64,000 nt of DNA from Rubrobacter sp. (GCA_035936475.1 DASYWA010000084.1:22930-86929), one strand, 5' to 3'. Positions 6,388 through 18,724 are shown, counted from the first letter of the stretch. Program-made: numbers and translations. The notes: generated by a model from the sequence alone, not told the origin.

Positions 6388-8901
6388 TCAGCTTGAGGTT
6401 TCCGCTGCGGCCCCTTCTTCTATAAGGGAGCGGACGATCTCCACGTACTCGCCGGCGAGGGCGCGCGGGTCGCCGCCGTCTCCCGGCTCGGCGTAGACGT
6501 AGAACACGGGGTTGTCTGGGTCCGGGAGCATCAGCACCCACCCCCCGTCGACGCTCAGGCGCACGCCCTCGGTCAGGATCGCGTCCGGGTCGCCACCGAA
6601 CCTCTCGGCCAGGCCGCGCATCACGCGCCCCTTCGCCGTCCACGGGCACTCCAGGCGCTCGCGGATCACGCCGCCGAAGGAGTCGTCGTACTCCCGCCGC
6701 ACGGCCGACAGGGGCTCGGAGCGGAACGCCTCGAGGGCCCGGGCGAGGGTCATGAAGCAGTCGGGGGCCGGCAGGAACGAGGGGAAGATGTAGCGGCCGT
6801 CGGCCAAAGAGGCGAGGTCGGCGCGGGTGCCGGCGGCCTTTATGGCCAGGCTGCCGATGCCGGTGCGGCTGATCTCGACGGTGCCCCCGCCCTCCTCGGT
6901 GAGCCTCCTGTAGCCGCTGCTCAGGTTTATAGGGAAGACGGCCTTGCGGGGCCGGGTCGCCCGGATCAGGCACGCCAGCATCACGTCGTCGGGCACGAAG
7001 TTGCCCTCGTCGTCGACGAACCGGACCACTTCGGCCTCGGGTCCGACGACGGCCCCGAAGGCGGCCCCGACGGTCGGCACTATGCGCGCCACCCGGTCTA
7101 TGCTCTCCTCGAGGTCGCCCGCAGAACCGCTGCCCACGACGTTCGCGTTGGCGAAGCCCTCCATGACGACGGCCCCCACGCCCAGACGGGAGAAGACCCG
7201 GCTGGCGACGAGGCCGGCCACCCCGCCGTAGAAGTCCACGACTATGGTGGCGCCGGAGGTCTTGTCGCGGTCGACGACGCGCTCCAGGCGCTCGACGAAC
7301 TGCTCGACGACGCGCCCGGGGTAGATCAACTCGCCTATGTCCGCGCCGTGGGCCCTACGGTACTCCTCGCGCACGAACGCCTTCTCCACCGAGCGCTGGT
7401 CGCCCTCGGTCATGGGCGTCGCCTCCGAGGCGAAGAACAGTATCTCCACGTCGTCGGGGTCGGCGCCGGCCCGCACGTGCGCCCCGGCAGATGACCTCCC
7501 CGAGAGCACGTCGTGGCGCACGACGCCCGCGTGGGCGGCCCTGAGGTCCCTGATGTTTATCCCGGTCCCGAGCAGCGCCGCGGTCATCGCCCGCTTGGCG
7601 ACCTGGGCCGCGCGGGAGGAGTCGCGGCCCAACGTGACGACGGAGCCTGGGTCGAGGGTGGTGCCAAAAGAGGACGAGAGGCGCGTCACGAACTCTGGGG
7701 TCAGGTTCACGTTGAACTTGCCGGTGACGACGCCGCCCTTGAAGATCGTGCGCAGGCCCATCGTCTCGTAGATCAGGGAATGGGTGACGTTGGCGCCGGG
7801 CTCTATGGTCTTGTGCGGGTAGACCTTGACGTCCGGGGCTATGGTCGCCCCCTCGCCCACTATCACGTCGTCCCCTAAAGCGCTGCGCTCGAGTATCCTC
7901 GCCTTCGCCTGCACGTAGCAGTTGCGGCCGACGAGCGTGTCCTTTAGCTCGGCCCCCTCCCCGACGTAGGTCCCGTCGGCGACGACGCTGCGCTCGATGG
8001 AAGCCCCCGCCGAGACGACGACGTTGTCGGCTATGACGGAGTAGGGGCTTATCTTCGCCCCGGGGTCGATGCGGGCGTTCTCCCCGATCACGACCGGCCC
8101 CTCGAGCTCCTCGTCGGCCACCTGCGTCCGACGGCCCACGAAGATGTTCTCCCTAAGACGCGTACCAGGCGGCCTGACGTCCTTTACCCTGCCGTCGAGC
8201 ACGTCGCGCTGGGCGGAGGCGAACTGCTCGAGGGTGCCTATGTCCTCCCAGTAGTCCTCGGTGACGTAGCCGTACATCGGCCGCCCGACCTCCAAGAGCT
8301 TCGGGAAGAGCTCCTTGGAGAAGTCGTACTCGCCCTCCTCCGGTATCTCGTCCATGACGGAGGGCTCGAGCAGGTAGATGCCGGTGTTCACGGTGTCGGA
8401 GAAGACCTGCCCCCAAGCCGGCTTCTCCAGAAAGCGCGAGATCCTCCCGTCCTCCTCCAGGATGACGATGCCGAAGTCCAGCGGGTTCTCGACGCTCTTG
8501 AGGACCATCGTGGCCTCCGAGCCCTTCTCCTCGTGGAAGCGCAACAGGCGCGTGAGGTCGGCGTCGGTGAGGGCGTCGCCGCTGATGATGAGCAGGCGCT
8601 CGCCCTCGAGGCCCAGCTGCTTCTCGGCCATCTTGACCGAACCTGCGGTGCCGGCGGGCGCGTCCTCGACGGAGTATCCGATCTTGACGCCCCAGTCCGA
8701 CCCGTCGCCGAAGTAGTCCCGAATCTCCTCCGGCATGAACTGCAGCGTCACGGAGATGTCGTCGAAGCCGTGGCGCTTTAAGAGCCCGACTATGTGCTCC
8801 ATGCACGGCAGGTTGGCTATGGGGATCATGGGCTTGGGCTGGTCGCTGGTCAGCGGCCTCAGGCGCGTCCCCTGCCCCCCGGCCATGATGACGGCCTTCA
8901 T
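6388..8901 (-). CDS. Mannose-1-phosphate guanylyltransferase with hexapeptide repeats fused to a phosphomannomutase-like domain
   Basis: MAGGQGTRLRPLT..PKPM, GTAGSVK, EKP, YWEDIG; C-terminal PMM-like fold. Confidence 0.9.
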   Translation of the reverse strand: MKAVIMAGGQGTRLRPLTSDQPKPMIPIANLPCMEHIVGLLKRHGFDDISVTLQFMPEEIRDYFGDGSDWGVKIGYSVEDAPAGTAGSVKMAEKQLGLEGERLLIISGDALTDADLTRLLRFHEEKGSEATMVLKSVENPLDFGIVILEEDGRISRFLEKPAWGQVFSDTVNTGIYLLEPSVMDEIPEEGEYDFSKELFPKLLEVGRPMYGYVTEDYWEDIGTLEQFASAQRDVLDGRVKDVRPPGTRLRENIFVGRRTQVADEELEGPVVIGENARIDPGAKISPYSVIADNVVVSAGASIERSVVADGTYVGEGAELKDTLVGRNCYVQAKARILERSALGDDVIVGEGATIAPDVKVYPHKTIEPGANVTHSLIYETMGLRTIFKGGVVTGKFNVNLTPEFVTRLSSSFGTTLDPGSVVTLGRDSSRAAQVAKRAMTAALLGTGINIRDLRAAHAGVVRHDVLSGRSSAGAHVRAGADPDDVEILFFASEATPMTEGDQRSVEKAFVREEYRRAHGADIGELIYPGRVVEQFVERLERVVDRDKTSGATIVVDFYGGVAGLVASRVFSRLGVGAVVMEGFANANVVGSGSAGDLEESIDRVARIVPTVGAAFGAVVGPEAEVVRFVDDEGNFVPDDVMLACLIRATRPRKAVFPINLSSGYRRLTEEGGGTVEISRTGIGSLAIKAAGTRADLASLADGRYIFPSFLPAPDCFMTLARALEAFRSEPLSAVRREYDDSFGGVIRERLECPWTAKGRVMRGLAERFGGDPDAILTEGVRLSVDGGWVLMLPDPDNPVFYVYAEPGDGGDPRALAGEYVEIVRSLIEEGAAAETSS

Positions 8902-8945
8902 CGGGCGCCCCCGTCCACGGGCGCTACAAACCAGGCTCCGCGCAT
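8898..8945 (-). CDS. Putative 15-aa upstream ORF (MRGAWFVAPVDGGAR)
   Basis: AAGGAGAGG 4 nt before ATG; its TGA overlaps the ATG of the GMPP-PMM gene. Confidence 0.3.
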   Translation of the reverse strand: MRGAWFVAPVDGGAR

Positions 8946-9017
8946 CCTGCCTCTCCTTCTACCTCCGACACGCCGGTTGGCGATTTCCCAACCATCATAC
9001 CCGACCGGCGGGCGCGG

Positions 9018-10322
9018 CTAACGGCTGCTCTTGGTCCTGATGCCGACGGCCACGCCCCACAGGTCGTAGCGCTCCCTGAGGGCGTTCTCGACGTAGCGCA
9101 GGTAGTTGTCCGGCAGGTCGCCGGGGCGGTTGGCGAAGAGGGTGAACCGCGGCGGCGCGGTCCCCGTCTGGGTCGCGTACCGGATCTTGACGCCCCCCGG
9201 CGGCGAGGCCCGTTCCACGAGCGCGTTGACGAACTCCGCCACCTCGTGCGTCGCTACCCGCAGACGGTAAGCCCGCCTTATGCGCGAGGCGAAGGGCAGA
9301 ATCCCCTCCACCCCGGCCCCCGTCAGCGCGGAGATGGGGAGGAAACGCGGCTTGAGGTCCGTGAGCCTGGCGGCTATCCCCTCCTCGACCTCCCGCAGCC
9401 GCTCCGGGGAGACGAGGTCCTTTTTGTTGATCAGGACCCCGCAGGCCCGCCCGGCCTCCTGTATCTCGCGCGCCACCCTCATGTCCCCGGCCACAAGACC
9501 GTCGACCGCGTCCACCAGCAACAGCGACACGTCCGAGCGCCGGATCGCCTCGCTCGTCCGCAACGACGAGTAGTACGGCACCCCACTGGCCCGCCTGATG
9601 CCCTTCCCAACCCCCGCCGTGTCGAGCAACAGGTACCGCTCGACCTCTCCTTCTACCTCCACCTCAACTTCACCCGCGACCGCGTCCGTTGTGGTGCCGG
9701 CGAGCTCGGAGACGACGGCCCGCTCGGTGCCGAGGAGGCGGTTGAGGAGCGTGCTCTTGCCGACGTTTGGCCTGCCGACGATGGCGAGCTTCGGCAGCTC
9801 GGGCTCCTCGTCCGGCGTGGTCTCCGGCAGCTGGGCGACGACGGCGTCCAGAAGGTCGCCGACGCCGAGGCCGTGGACGGCGGAGACCGCGTGCGGCTCG
9901 CCCTCGCCCAAAGAGTAGAAGCGGTGGCGTTCGGTGTCGTCGTCGGGGTTGTCCAGTTTGTTGACGGCGAGGACCACCTTCGCCTTCGAGCGGCGCAGCT
10001 CGCGGGCGACGGCGGCGTCGGCCTCCGTGGGACCGAGGCGAGCGTCGGTGAGGTGCAGGATCACGTCCGCCTCTTCGACGGCGATTCTGGCCTGGAGGGT
10101 TACGAGGGCCTCGAGGCCGACCTTCGCCTTCGGCTCCATCCCGCCTGTGTCCACGAGGTCGAACTCGGCGCCGGCCCACTCCGCCCTGTTGTACGAACGG
10201 TCCCGGGTCGTGCCGGGCTGGTCCGAGACGACGGCGCTCCTGCGGCGCAGGATGCGGTTTATGAGGGAGCTCTTGCCGACGTTGGGGGCGCCCACGACGG
10301 CCACCACGGGCAGCCGGCTCAC
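9018..10322 (-). CDS. der: Ribosome biogenesis GTPase Der (EngA)
   Basis: Tandem G domains GAPNVGKSS/DTGG/NKLD and GRPNVGKST/DTAG/NKKD; GTG 10322 overlaps plsC stop. Confidence 0.95.
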   Translation of the reverse strand: MSRLPVVAVVGAPNVGKSSLINRILRRRSAVVSDQPGTTRDRSYNRAEWAGAEFDLVDTGGMEPKAKVGLEALVTLQARIAVEEADVILHLTDARLGPTEADAAVARELRRSKAKVVLAVNKLDNPDDDTERHRFYSLGEGEPHAVSAVHGLGVGDLLDAVVAQLPETTPDEEPELPKLAIVGRPNVGKSTLLNRLLGTERAVVSELAGTTTDAVAGEVEVEVEGEVERYLLLDTAGVGKGIRRASGVPYYSSLRTSEAIRRSDVSLLLVDAVDGLVAGDMRVAREIQEAGRACGVLINKKDLVSPERLREVEEGIAARLTDLKPRFLPISALTGAGVEGILPFASRIRRAYRLRVATHEVAEFVNALVERASPPGGVKIRYATQTGTAPPRFTLFANRPGDLPDNYLRYVENALRERYDLWGVAVGIRTKSSR

Positions 10323-10972
10323 GGGCGGCCCCCTTTCGGCAGGGCGTAGATGGTCCTCAAGACTTCGTCGGCGGCCTCGCGGTAGGCCTTGCCGCCGCGC
10401 AGTCCCTCGTCCGGGCGGATCGGGTCGCCGACGATCAGGCGCAGGCGCTCCCCGCGCAGGCGGGCCAAGGGCCCCGGGATCTTGCCGACAAAGACGGGCA
10501 AGACGGGGGCGCTGCCCCGGATCGCGAGCATCACCGCCCCGCTCTTGGCCTCCCTGGCCGTCCCGTCGTCCTTGTGGGTGCCTTCGGGGAAGATGCCGAG
10601 GGCCCACCCTTCCGCGAGGTAGCCGAGGGCGATCCGGACCCCCGTCCGTCCGCCGCCCTCGCGGTCCACCGGAAAGGAGCCTATAAACTCGAAGAACCTC
10701 TTGTACGGGGGCTCGTAGAGCTGTTTCTTGCCCATCCACTGCATGCGGCGGGGGACCGCCATGCACACGAGCACGGGGTCGGCGTACTGGCGGTGGTTGG
10801 CCGCGACTACCAGCGGCCCCGTCTTCGGCGCCCGCTCCATGCCCCGGATCTCCAACCCGAAGAGGAGGCGGCAGAGCCCGATCATGAACAGCCGGAAGAG
10901 GTGGTACCTGCGCGACATCCGCACCGGCGTGCTCTGGCCCCCGAAGGCGCTCGGGGCGCTCGCGCTGCTCAT
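10319..10972 (-). CDS. plsC: 1-acyl-sn-glycerol-3-phosphate acyltransferase
   Basis: NH.QYAD, FPVDR, IFPEGT motifs. Confidence 0.9.
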   Translation of the reverse strand: MSSASAPSAFGGQSTPVRMSRRYHLFRLFMIGLCRLLFGLEIRGMERAPKTGPLVVAANHRQYADPVLVCMAVPRRMQWMGKKQLYEPPYKRFFEFIGSFPVDREGGGRTGVRIALGYLAEGWALGIFPEGTHKDDGTAREAKSGAVMLAIRGSAPVLPVFVGKIPGPLARLRGERLRLIVGDPIRPDEGLRGGKAYREAADEVLRTIYALPKGGRP

Positions 10973-11634
10973 GCCCCCCGCCGCAGGCCGCTCGCGAGGT
11001 CTAGCACCCGCGAGACGACCTCTTCGAGGGAGAGCGCCGTGGTGTCGAGCACGACGGCGTCGGGGGCGGGCTTTAGCGGCGAGGCCTCGCGCTCGGAGTC
11101 CTGGCGGTCGCGGCGCGAGATGGCCTCCCTGATGCGGTCCAGCTCCCCCTCGCGCCCGGTCTGCCGCGCCCGCCTGCGCGCCCGCTCCTCGGGGTCGGCG
11201 GAGAGAAAGACCTTGAGCTCCGCGTCGGGCAGCACTACCGTCCCTATGTCCCTGCCCTCGACGACGGCGCCGCCTCCGCCCCTCGCCTCGTCGGCCGCGG
11301 CCCGCTGGACGGGGAGCAAAACCTCCCGCAGGCCGGCGTTTGCCGAGACCCTGGAGGCGGCGGCGGCCACCTCGGGGGTCCTGAGGAGCGGGTCGGGCAC
11401 GCGCGCGCCGTCGATGCTGGCGCCCTCGGGGTCGAGGCCGACGCGGCGCGCGAGGCCGGCGATCTTCTTATCGTCGGAGAGGTCGGCGCCTTCGCGCAGG
11501 GCGAGCAGGGCGGCGGCCCTGTAGGCCGCCCCCGTGTTGAGGTTGACGACGCCGAGCCGCCCGGCAACCTGCCGGGCGACGGAGCTCTTCCCGCTCCCGG
11601 CGGGCCCGTCTATGGTCACGAGGATTCCCTTCAT
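10969..11634 (-). CDS. cmk: Cytidylate kinase
   Basis: IDGPAGSGKS, TGAAYRA, EGRDIGTVV, RDRQD. Confidence 0.96.
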   Translation of the reverse strand: MKGILVTIDGPAGSGKSSVARQVAGRLGVVNLNTGAAYRAAALLALREGADLSDDKKIAGLARRVGLDPEGASIDGARVPDPLLRTPEVAAAASRVSANAGLREVLLPVQRAAADEARGGGGAVVEGRDIGTVVLPDAELKVFLSADPEERARRRARQTGREGELDRIREAISRRDRQDSEREASPLKPAPDAVVLDTTALSLEEVVSRVLDLASGLRRGA

Positions 11635-11668
11635 CGACGAGAGGAGTATAGCCGAAAGCCCCGGCCGT

Positions 11669-13009
11669 TCATCTGAGCCCTTCGAGCACCCGGAAGTACC
11701 CCGGGAAGGTCTTGGTCACGCAGCCGGGGTCGCTTACCGTGACCGTCGGCGCGGGTGCCGCCAGCCCCGCCACGGCGAAGGCCATCGCCATCCTGTGGTC
11801 CCCGTAGGTCTCGACCACGGCGGGCCGCAGCGGGCCGGGCATGATGCGCAACCCGCCTTTTCCCTCCTCGACGGGCACCCCGAGGCGCGAGAGCTCCGTG
11901 GCGACGGCCGAGATGCGGTCCGTCTCCTGGTGGCGGGTGTGGCCGACGTTGGTGATGGTGGTCGGCGAGGAGGCGAAGGGCGCTATGGCGGCGAGGGTCA
12001 TCATGGTGTCCGAGAAGGCGCCCATGTCCGCCTCCACCCCCCGCAGACGTTCGGGCCCCCGCACCTCCACGTAATCTTCGCCGAGGTCTACCGCGCACCC
12101 CATCCGCTCCAGCACCTCCGCGAAGCGCAGGTCCCCCTGGGAAGAGCCGTCACCGAGGCCCGGTATCCGCGCGCGCCCCCCGGTGACGGCGGCCAGCGCC
12201 AGGAAGTACGAGGCGGCGGACGCGTCGGGCTCGACCTCGAACCGGCGGGCCCGGTACGGGCCGCGAGCCACGGCGAGCCGTCCAAAGCCCCCGCCCGCCT
12301 CGACCTCGGCGCCGAAGCTGCGCATGACGTCCAACGTGATCCCGACGTAAGGCCAGCTCTCCCGCCCCTCGATATCCAGCGTGACGGCCCGCTCCGCGTA
12401 GGGCGCTGCCATGAGCAGGCCGCTAACGAACTGGCTGCTCCCGCCCCCGCGCACGACGGTTCGCCCTCCCCGCAACCCGCCGCCGCGCACGACGATGGGA
12501 AACCGGCCTTCCTCGCCGGCGTACTCCACCCCGGCCCCGAGCCCGCGCATCGCATCCACGAGATCCTTTATGGGCCGCTCCCGCATACGGGGCACCCCGT
12601 CCACGGTGTAAGGCCCGGGCCCGAGCGCCAGCGCGGGCGGCAAGAACCGCGCCACGGTCCCCGCGTTCCCGACAAAGACGCCCACGTCCCCGCGGGGTAT
12701 CCCGCCGCCAAGCCCCGCTATCCTCACCTCGCCGGCCTCCGAATTCGCCCGGACCTCGAAGCCCAGGCGCGCCAGGGACTCCATCAGGTAGTAAGGGTCG
12801 TCGGAGAAGAGCGGGTTCCGTATCGTGGAGACGCCGTCGGCGAGTGCGGCGACGAGCATCGCCCTGTTCGTCACGCTCTTGGAGCCGGGCACGACGACGT
12901 CGGCGTCTACGGGGCGACCGAGCGGGCCTATCTCCAGTCTCTCCGGGAACTCGCCCCTGACGTCCTCGAGATCGAAATCCCTGCCAGGAACGCCCCCCAC
13001 ACGGCTCAC
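11669..13009 (-). CDS. aroA: EPSP synthase
   Basis: PGSKSVTNR, GNAGTVARF, SSQFVSGLL, HQETDRI, DHRMAM; GTG 13009 overlaps rluB stop. Confidence 0.96.
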   Translation of the reverse strand: MSRVGGVPGRDFDLEDVRGEFPERLEIGPLGRPVDADVVVPGSKSVTNRAMLVAALADGVSTIRNPLFSDDPYYLMESLARLGFEVRANSEAGEVRIAGLGGGIPRGDVGVFVGNAGTVARFLPPALALGPGPYTVDGVPRMRERPIKDLVDAMRGLGAGVEYAGEEGRFPIVVRGGGLRGGRTVVRGGGSSQFVSGLLMAAPYAERAVTLDIEGRESWPYVGITLDVMRSFGAEVEAGGGFGRLAVARGPYRARRFEVEPDASAASYFLALAAVTGGRARIPGLGDGSSQGDLRFAEVLERMGCAVDLGEDYVEVRGPERLRGVEADMGAFSDTMMTLAAIAPFASSPTTITNVGHTRHQETDRISAVATELSRLGVPVEEGKGGLRIMPGPLRPAVVETYGDHRMAMAFAVAGLAAPAPTVTVSDPGCVTKTFPGYFRVLEGLR

Positions 13010-13707
13010 CGCAACGCCCCCAGCTCCTCCTCCGTGAGCGGACGATGTTCGCCCTCGGCGAGGTCCCCCAGAAGGATCGGGCCAACTCTCACTCTGCGCA
13101 GCCCGAGGAGTTCCAGGCCGGCGGCGGCACACGCCCGACGTATTATGCGGTTACGGCCCTCGTGGATGGTGAGGTGGAGGGTGGTCGTGCGCGGTAGTTT
13201 TTGGAGGTTCGAGATCTCCGGCGGGGACATGGGGCCGTCCTCGAGGATGGGGCCGGCGGCGAGGTCCTTTAGGGCGTCGGCGGGGACGGGGTTTTTCAGG
13301 GTGAGGAGGTACTCTTTTTCGACCTCTGAAGATGGGTGGGTGATGCGGTGGGCCAGGGGGCCGTCGTTCGTGAGGATCAGGAGCCCCGTCGTCTCGGCGT
13401 CGAGGCGGCCCGCGGGGACGAGGCCGGGGACGGGGGGCATCAGGTCGACGACCGTGGGGCGGTTTTTGTCCGGCTCGTCCTTGAGGGTGGTGAGGTAGCC
13501 GGCCGGTTTGTTCAGGGCGAACGAGGAGCGGACGGAAGGGAGGAAGACGGGGCGGCCATCGAGGAGTATCTCCTCGTCCCCGCGGACGGAGGCGCCGAGG
13601 GAGGCGGCCCCGCCGTCCACGAGGACGCGGCCGGCCTCGATCAGGGCCTCCGCCTTGCGCCTCGACGGGGCGGCGCCCGCGCGGGCGAGAAAGGCCTGCA
13701 ACCGCAC
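13006..13707 (-). CDS. rluB: rRNA pseudouridine synthase (RluB/RsuA family)
   Basis: S4 domain, NKPAG, GRLDAETTGLL, EGRNR. Confidence 0.9.
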   Translation of the reverse strand: MRLQAFLARAGAAPSRRKAEALIEAGRVLVDGGAASLGASVRGDEEILLDGRPVFLPSVRSSFALNKPAGYLTTLKDEPDKNRPTVVDLMPPVPGLVPAGRLDAETTGLLILTNDGPLAHRITHPSSEVEKEYLLTLKNPVPADALKDLAAGPILEDGPMSPPEISNLQKLPRTTTLHLTIHEGRNRIIRRACAAAGLELLGLRRVRVGPILLGDLAEGEHRPLTEEELGALR

Positions 13708-14307
13708 CTAGCCTTCCCTCTCGTCCGGGTCCGGTGCCGGGACCTCGGCGGACGAGGTCAGGCGCTCGCGGACGCGGGCGAGCTCCTCGGGCGAGACGAG
13801 CGAGTCCAGCGGGGGGAAGTCCTCCCGGCTTCCCGCGTCGGCGGCGGCGAGAAAATCGTCGGTCACGGCGAGGAGGGCCGGCGAGCCCGGCGCTTCCCTG
13901 TCGGCGCCGACCTCGGAGAGAAGGTTACGCTCCAGCAGGTTTCTGACCACCGCGTCGGAGTTCACGCCCCGCACCCGCGAGACAGCACCCCGGGTCAGGG
14001 GGCCGAGGTAGAGGGCGCAGGCGAGCACCTCGTGGGCCGCCCCGGAGAGCGGGGCCGGGCGGGCCTCCTCCCTGAAGCGCTCGACGACCCCGGCGCAGGC
14101 CGGGTTCGTGGAGAAGAGGTGCCCGCCGGCCACGGCGCGCAGGACTATGCCTGAGCCCTCCGGGGAGTACCGGGCGGAGAGGTTCCCGAGCGCCGCGGCG
14201 GTCTCCTTCTCGGAGAGCCCCGTGGCGGAGGCTAAGTCGGCGAGGCGGACGGGACGGGGGCTCACCAGGAGGACCGCCTCCACGAGGTGTTCTGGGGCCG
14301 GGATCAC
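13708..14307 (-). CDS. scpB: SMC-Scp complex subunit ScpB
   Basis: VEAVLLVS, LSGAAHEVLA, RGVNSD, TDDFL. Confidence 0.9.
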   Translation of the reverse strand: MIPAPEHLVEAVLLVSPRPVRLADLASATGLSEKETAAALGNLSARYSPEGSGIVLRAVAGGHLFSTNPACAGVVERFREEARPAPLSGAAHEVLACALYLGPLTRGAVSRVRGVNSDAVVRNLLERNLLSEVGADREAPGSPALLAVTDDFLAAADAGSREDFPPLDSLVSPEELARVRERLTSSAEVPAPDPDEREG

Positions 14308-15041
14308 GCGTCGGGTTCCGGCAGGGGTTCCAGGGTGAGCTCCCCCAGAGGTTCCGGCTGGAGCAGCTTCACGGCGCCTTCCTGGGCCAGGGAGAGCGCG
14401 GCGGCGAAGGCCACGGCCGATCGCAGGCGGTCCATGCCGCGGGTCAGGTCCTCGTAGGAGACGGGGCCGCGCAGGAGGCCGGCCCGGATCAGGCCGGCAA
14501 GCTCCTGGAGCGTCACCGTTATGGGCCCGAGGTGCCCCACGGGCGGCTCCACGAGGCGCGAGAAGGCCCGCCGGGCCGCGAGCGTCACCCGGTCGCCCGA
14601 GACGCGCAGCCGCCCCGGTCTCGGCGCCACCGTGTGGGCCGAAGGGTAATGACCGGCTGAGCGGGCGAAGCGGGCGCGCAGGTCCTCGGCGGCGCGCCGG
14701 ATCTTGAGGTACTCCTGCAGGCGCTCGGCCAGCTCCTCCGGGGAGGCGGCGGCCACTTCATCGGCGTCGGGCTCGGCTTCGAGGGCCGGGGAGAGGGTGC
14801 GGCTCTTCAGCAGGATCAGGGCCGCCGCGGATCCTGCGAAGTCCGTGTCGCGGTCGAGGGCGTTATGGGCCCCGGGGTCGCGGGAGCCGGCGTAGAGGCC
14901 GACGAGCTCGCGCAGGGGGATCTCGAAGATCTCGAGCTCGTCTTTGAGGACGAGGGCCAAAAGCCACTCGTAGGGGCCGGAGTAGACGTCGAGCTCGACG
15001 GTGAAGTCCGCCAGAGAACGTCCGGTAGCGGGCGCGGTCAC
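14304..15041 (-). CDS. scpA: Kleisin ScpA
   Basis: F.VELDVYSGP..LLL.LV..E.EI.EIPL N-terminus; adjacent to scpB. Confidence 0.85.
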   Translation of the reverse strand: MTAPATGRSLADFTVELDVYSGPYEWLLALVLKDELEIFEIPLRELVGLYAGSRDPGAHNALDRDTDFAGSAAALILLKSRTLSPALEAEPDADEVAAASPEELAERLQEYLKIRRAAEDLRARFARSAGHYPSAHTVAPRPGRLRVSGDRVTLAARRAFSRLVEPPVGHLGPITVTLQELAGLIRAGLLRGPVSYEDLTRGMDRLRSAVAFAAALSLAQEGAVKLLQPEPLGELTLEPLPEPDA

Positions 15042-16171
15042 AGCACCTCCGAGTGGAGCGGCAGCACGGACGAGAGCTCGCTGTGGTCCGACCCGGTCGC
15101 CCTGGCGAGCACGGGGTCGACGACCCGGCCCTCGGCGACGGCGACCCCGCGGGCGAAGCCGGCGTCGGACTTCAGGGCGTCGGCGAGGCCGAGGCCCGCG
15201 AGGCGGCGGACGTGGGGCAGGAGCGCGTTGCTCAGGGCCCGGGTGGCCGTCACGGGGACGGCGGCCGGGACGTTCTTGACGCAGTAGTGGATAACGCCGG
15301 CCTCGACGAAGGTGGGGCCGTCCAAGGTCGTCGGCCGCGAGGTCGCAACACAGCCGCCGTAGTCCACGTCGACGTCCACGATCACGGCCCCCTCCTTCAT
15401 CCCCCCGACGGTCTCGCGGTCGACAAGCGCCGGCGTGCGGTCGCCGACGACGTGGACGGCGCCTATGAGGAGGTCGGCCCTAAGGACGGCGTCGCGGATG
15501 CCCATGGTGCTCGCGGCCAGCGTGGTGACGCCCGCGATGCGGGCGAGCTCCAGGGCGCGCAGCCGGTCCACGTCGCGGTCGATCACGACCACCTGGGCGC
15601 CGAGGCCGCTCGCCATCCTGGCCGCGCCCGAGCCGACGATGCCGCACCCGAGGACCACGACCCGCCCGGGCCTCACCCCCGCGGCGCCCCCGAGCAGTAC
15701 GCCCCGACCGCCGGACTGGCGGAGAAGGTAGTGGGCCCCGATCTGGGGCGTCAGGCGGCCCGCGATCTCGCTCATCGGCGTGAGGATGGGCAGGCGCCCC
15801 TGAGCGTCCCTGACGGTCTCCATGGCGAAGGCGACGCACCGGGAGGCCAGAAGATCCCGCATAAGGTCCCGGTTGATCGGCAACGAGAGGAACGAGAGCA
15901 ACACGAGGTCTTCCCGCAGCCGCCCCCGCTCCTCCTCGACCGGCCCGTAGACCTTGACGACTAGCTCGGAGTCGTCCCAGACCCTTGCGGCGTCCGCGAC
16001 TACCCTGGCGCCGGCCTCCTCGTAGGCGCTATCCGCGATGCCGGAGGCCTCCCCCGCCCCGGCCTCGACGAGCACCCTGTGCCCGGCCCGGCCGAGCTCG
16101 TGCGCGGCGTGCGGGGCCAGCGCCACCCGCGTCTCCCCCGGCGTCCTCTCCCTGGTCACCCCTATCCTCAC
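15038..16171 (-). CDS. ald: Alanine dehydrogenase-like protein with catalytic substitutions
   Basis: GETRVAL, PMSEIAGR, GGRGVLLGG, DVDVDYGG, NVPAAVP; GGAGG SD before GTG 16171. Confidence 0.8.
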   Translation of the reverse strand: MRIGVTRERTPGETRVALAPHAAHELGRAGHRVLVEAGAGEASGIADSAYEEAGARVVADAARVWDDSELVVKVYGPVEEERGRLREDLVLLSFLSLPINRDLMRDLLASRCVAFAMETVRDAQGRLPILTPMSEIAGRLTPQIGAHYLLRQSGGRGVLLGGAAGVRPGRVVVLGCGIVGSGAARMASGLGAQVVVIDRDVDRLRALELARIAGVTTLAASTMGIRDAVLRADLLIGAVHVVGDRTPALVDRETVGGMKEGAVIVDVDVDYGGCVATSRPTTLDGPTFVEAGVIHYCVKNVPAAVPVTATRALSNALLPHVRRLAGLGLADALKSDAGFARGVAVAEGRVVDPVLARATGSDHSELSSVLPLHSEVL

Positions 16172-16288
16172 GGCATCCTCCCCGGTACGCGGGGCGCGCC
16201 TGGGATCGGCCCCGGAGTGTGTCCTCGCCCCGACATGGTCAAAGGCCAACCCGAAGCCGTCCGGCGGGCCGACGTCGCCGCAGCACCG

Positions 16289-18522
<2,234 letters not shown>

Positions 18523-18724
18523 CTACCTCCTCAAAAGACCGGAAAGACCAAAGGAACTTCCCCGAAGCGACGCCCCGCTGCCACCGGGTGGCGGCCTGAA
18601 GAACCCGCGAGCGTATGCTCCAGCATCACGGGACACCATATTACCGCTCATGGGCCGCGAATTAAATAGCGCGGGCGCCTTTTCTGGCCGGCCGGACGGG
18701 GGTCGAGTGGCTAGGCTATGCGCC

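Noticed and set aside
6388-7700. PMM-like domain lacks the phosphoserine SHN and DxDxD motifs
   Set aside because: This degeneracy is typical of GMPP-PMM fusion proteins as I recall the family; not treated as novel
18556-18566. ACTTCCCCGAA, a 9/11 match to the left arm of the dif-like site, near the EamA insertion boundary
   Set aside because: No partner arm 6 bp downstream; an isolated half-site can arise by chance
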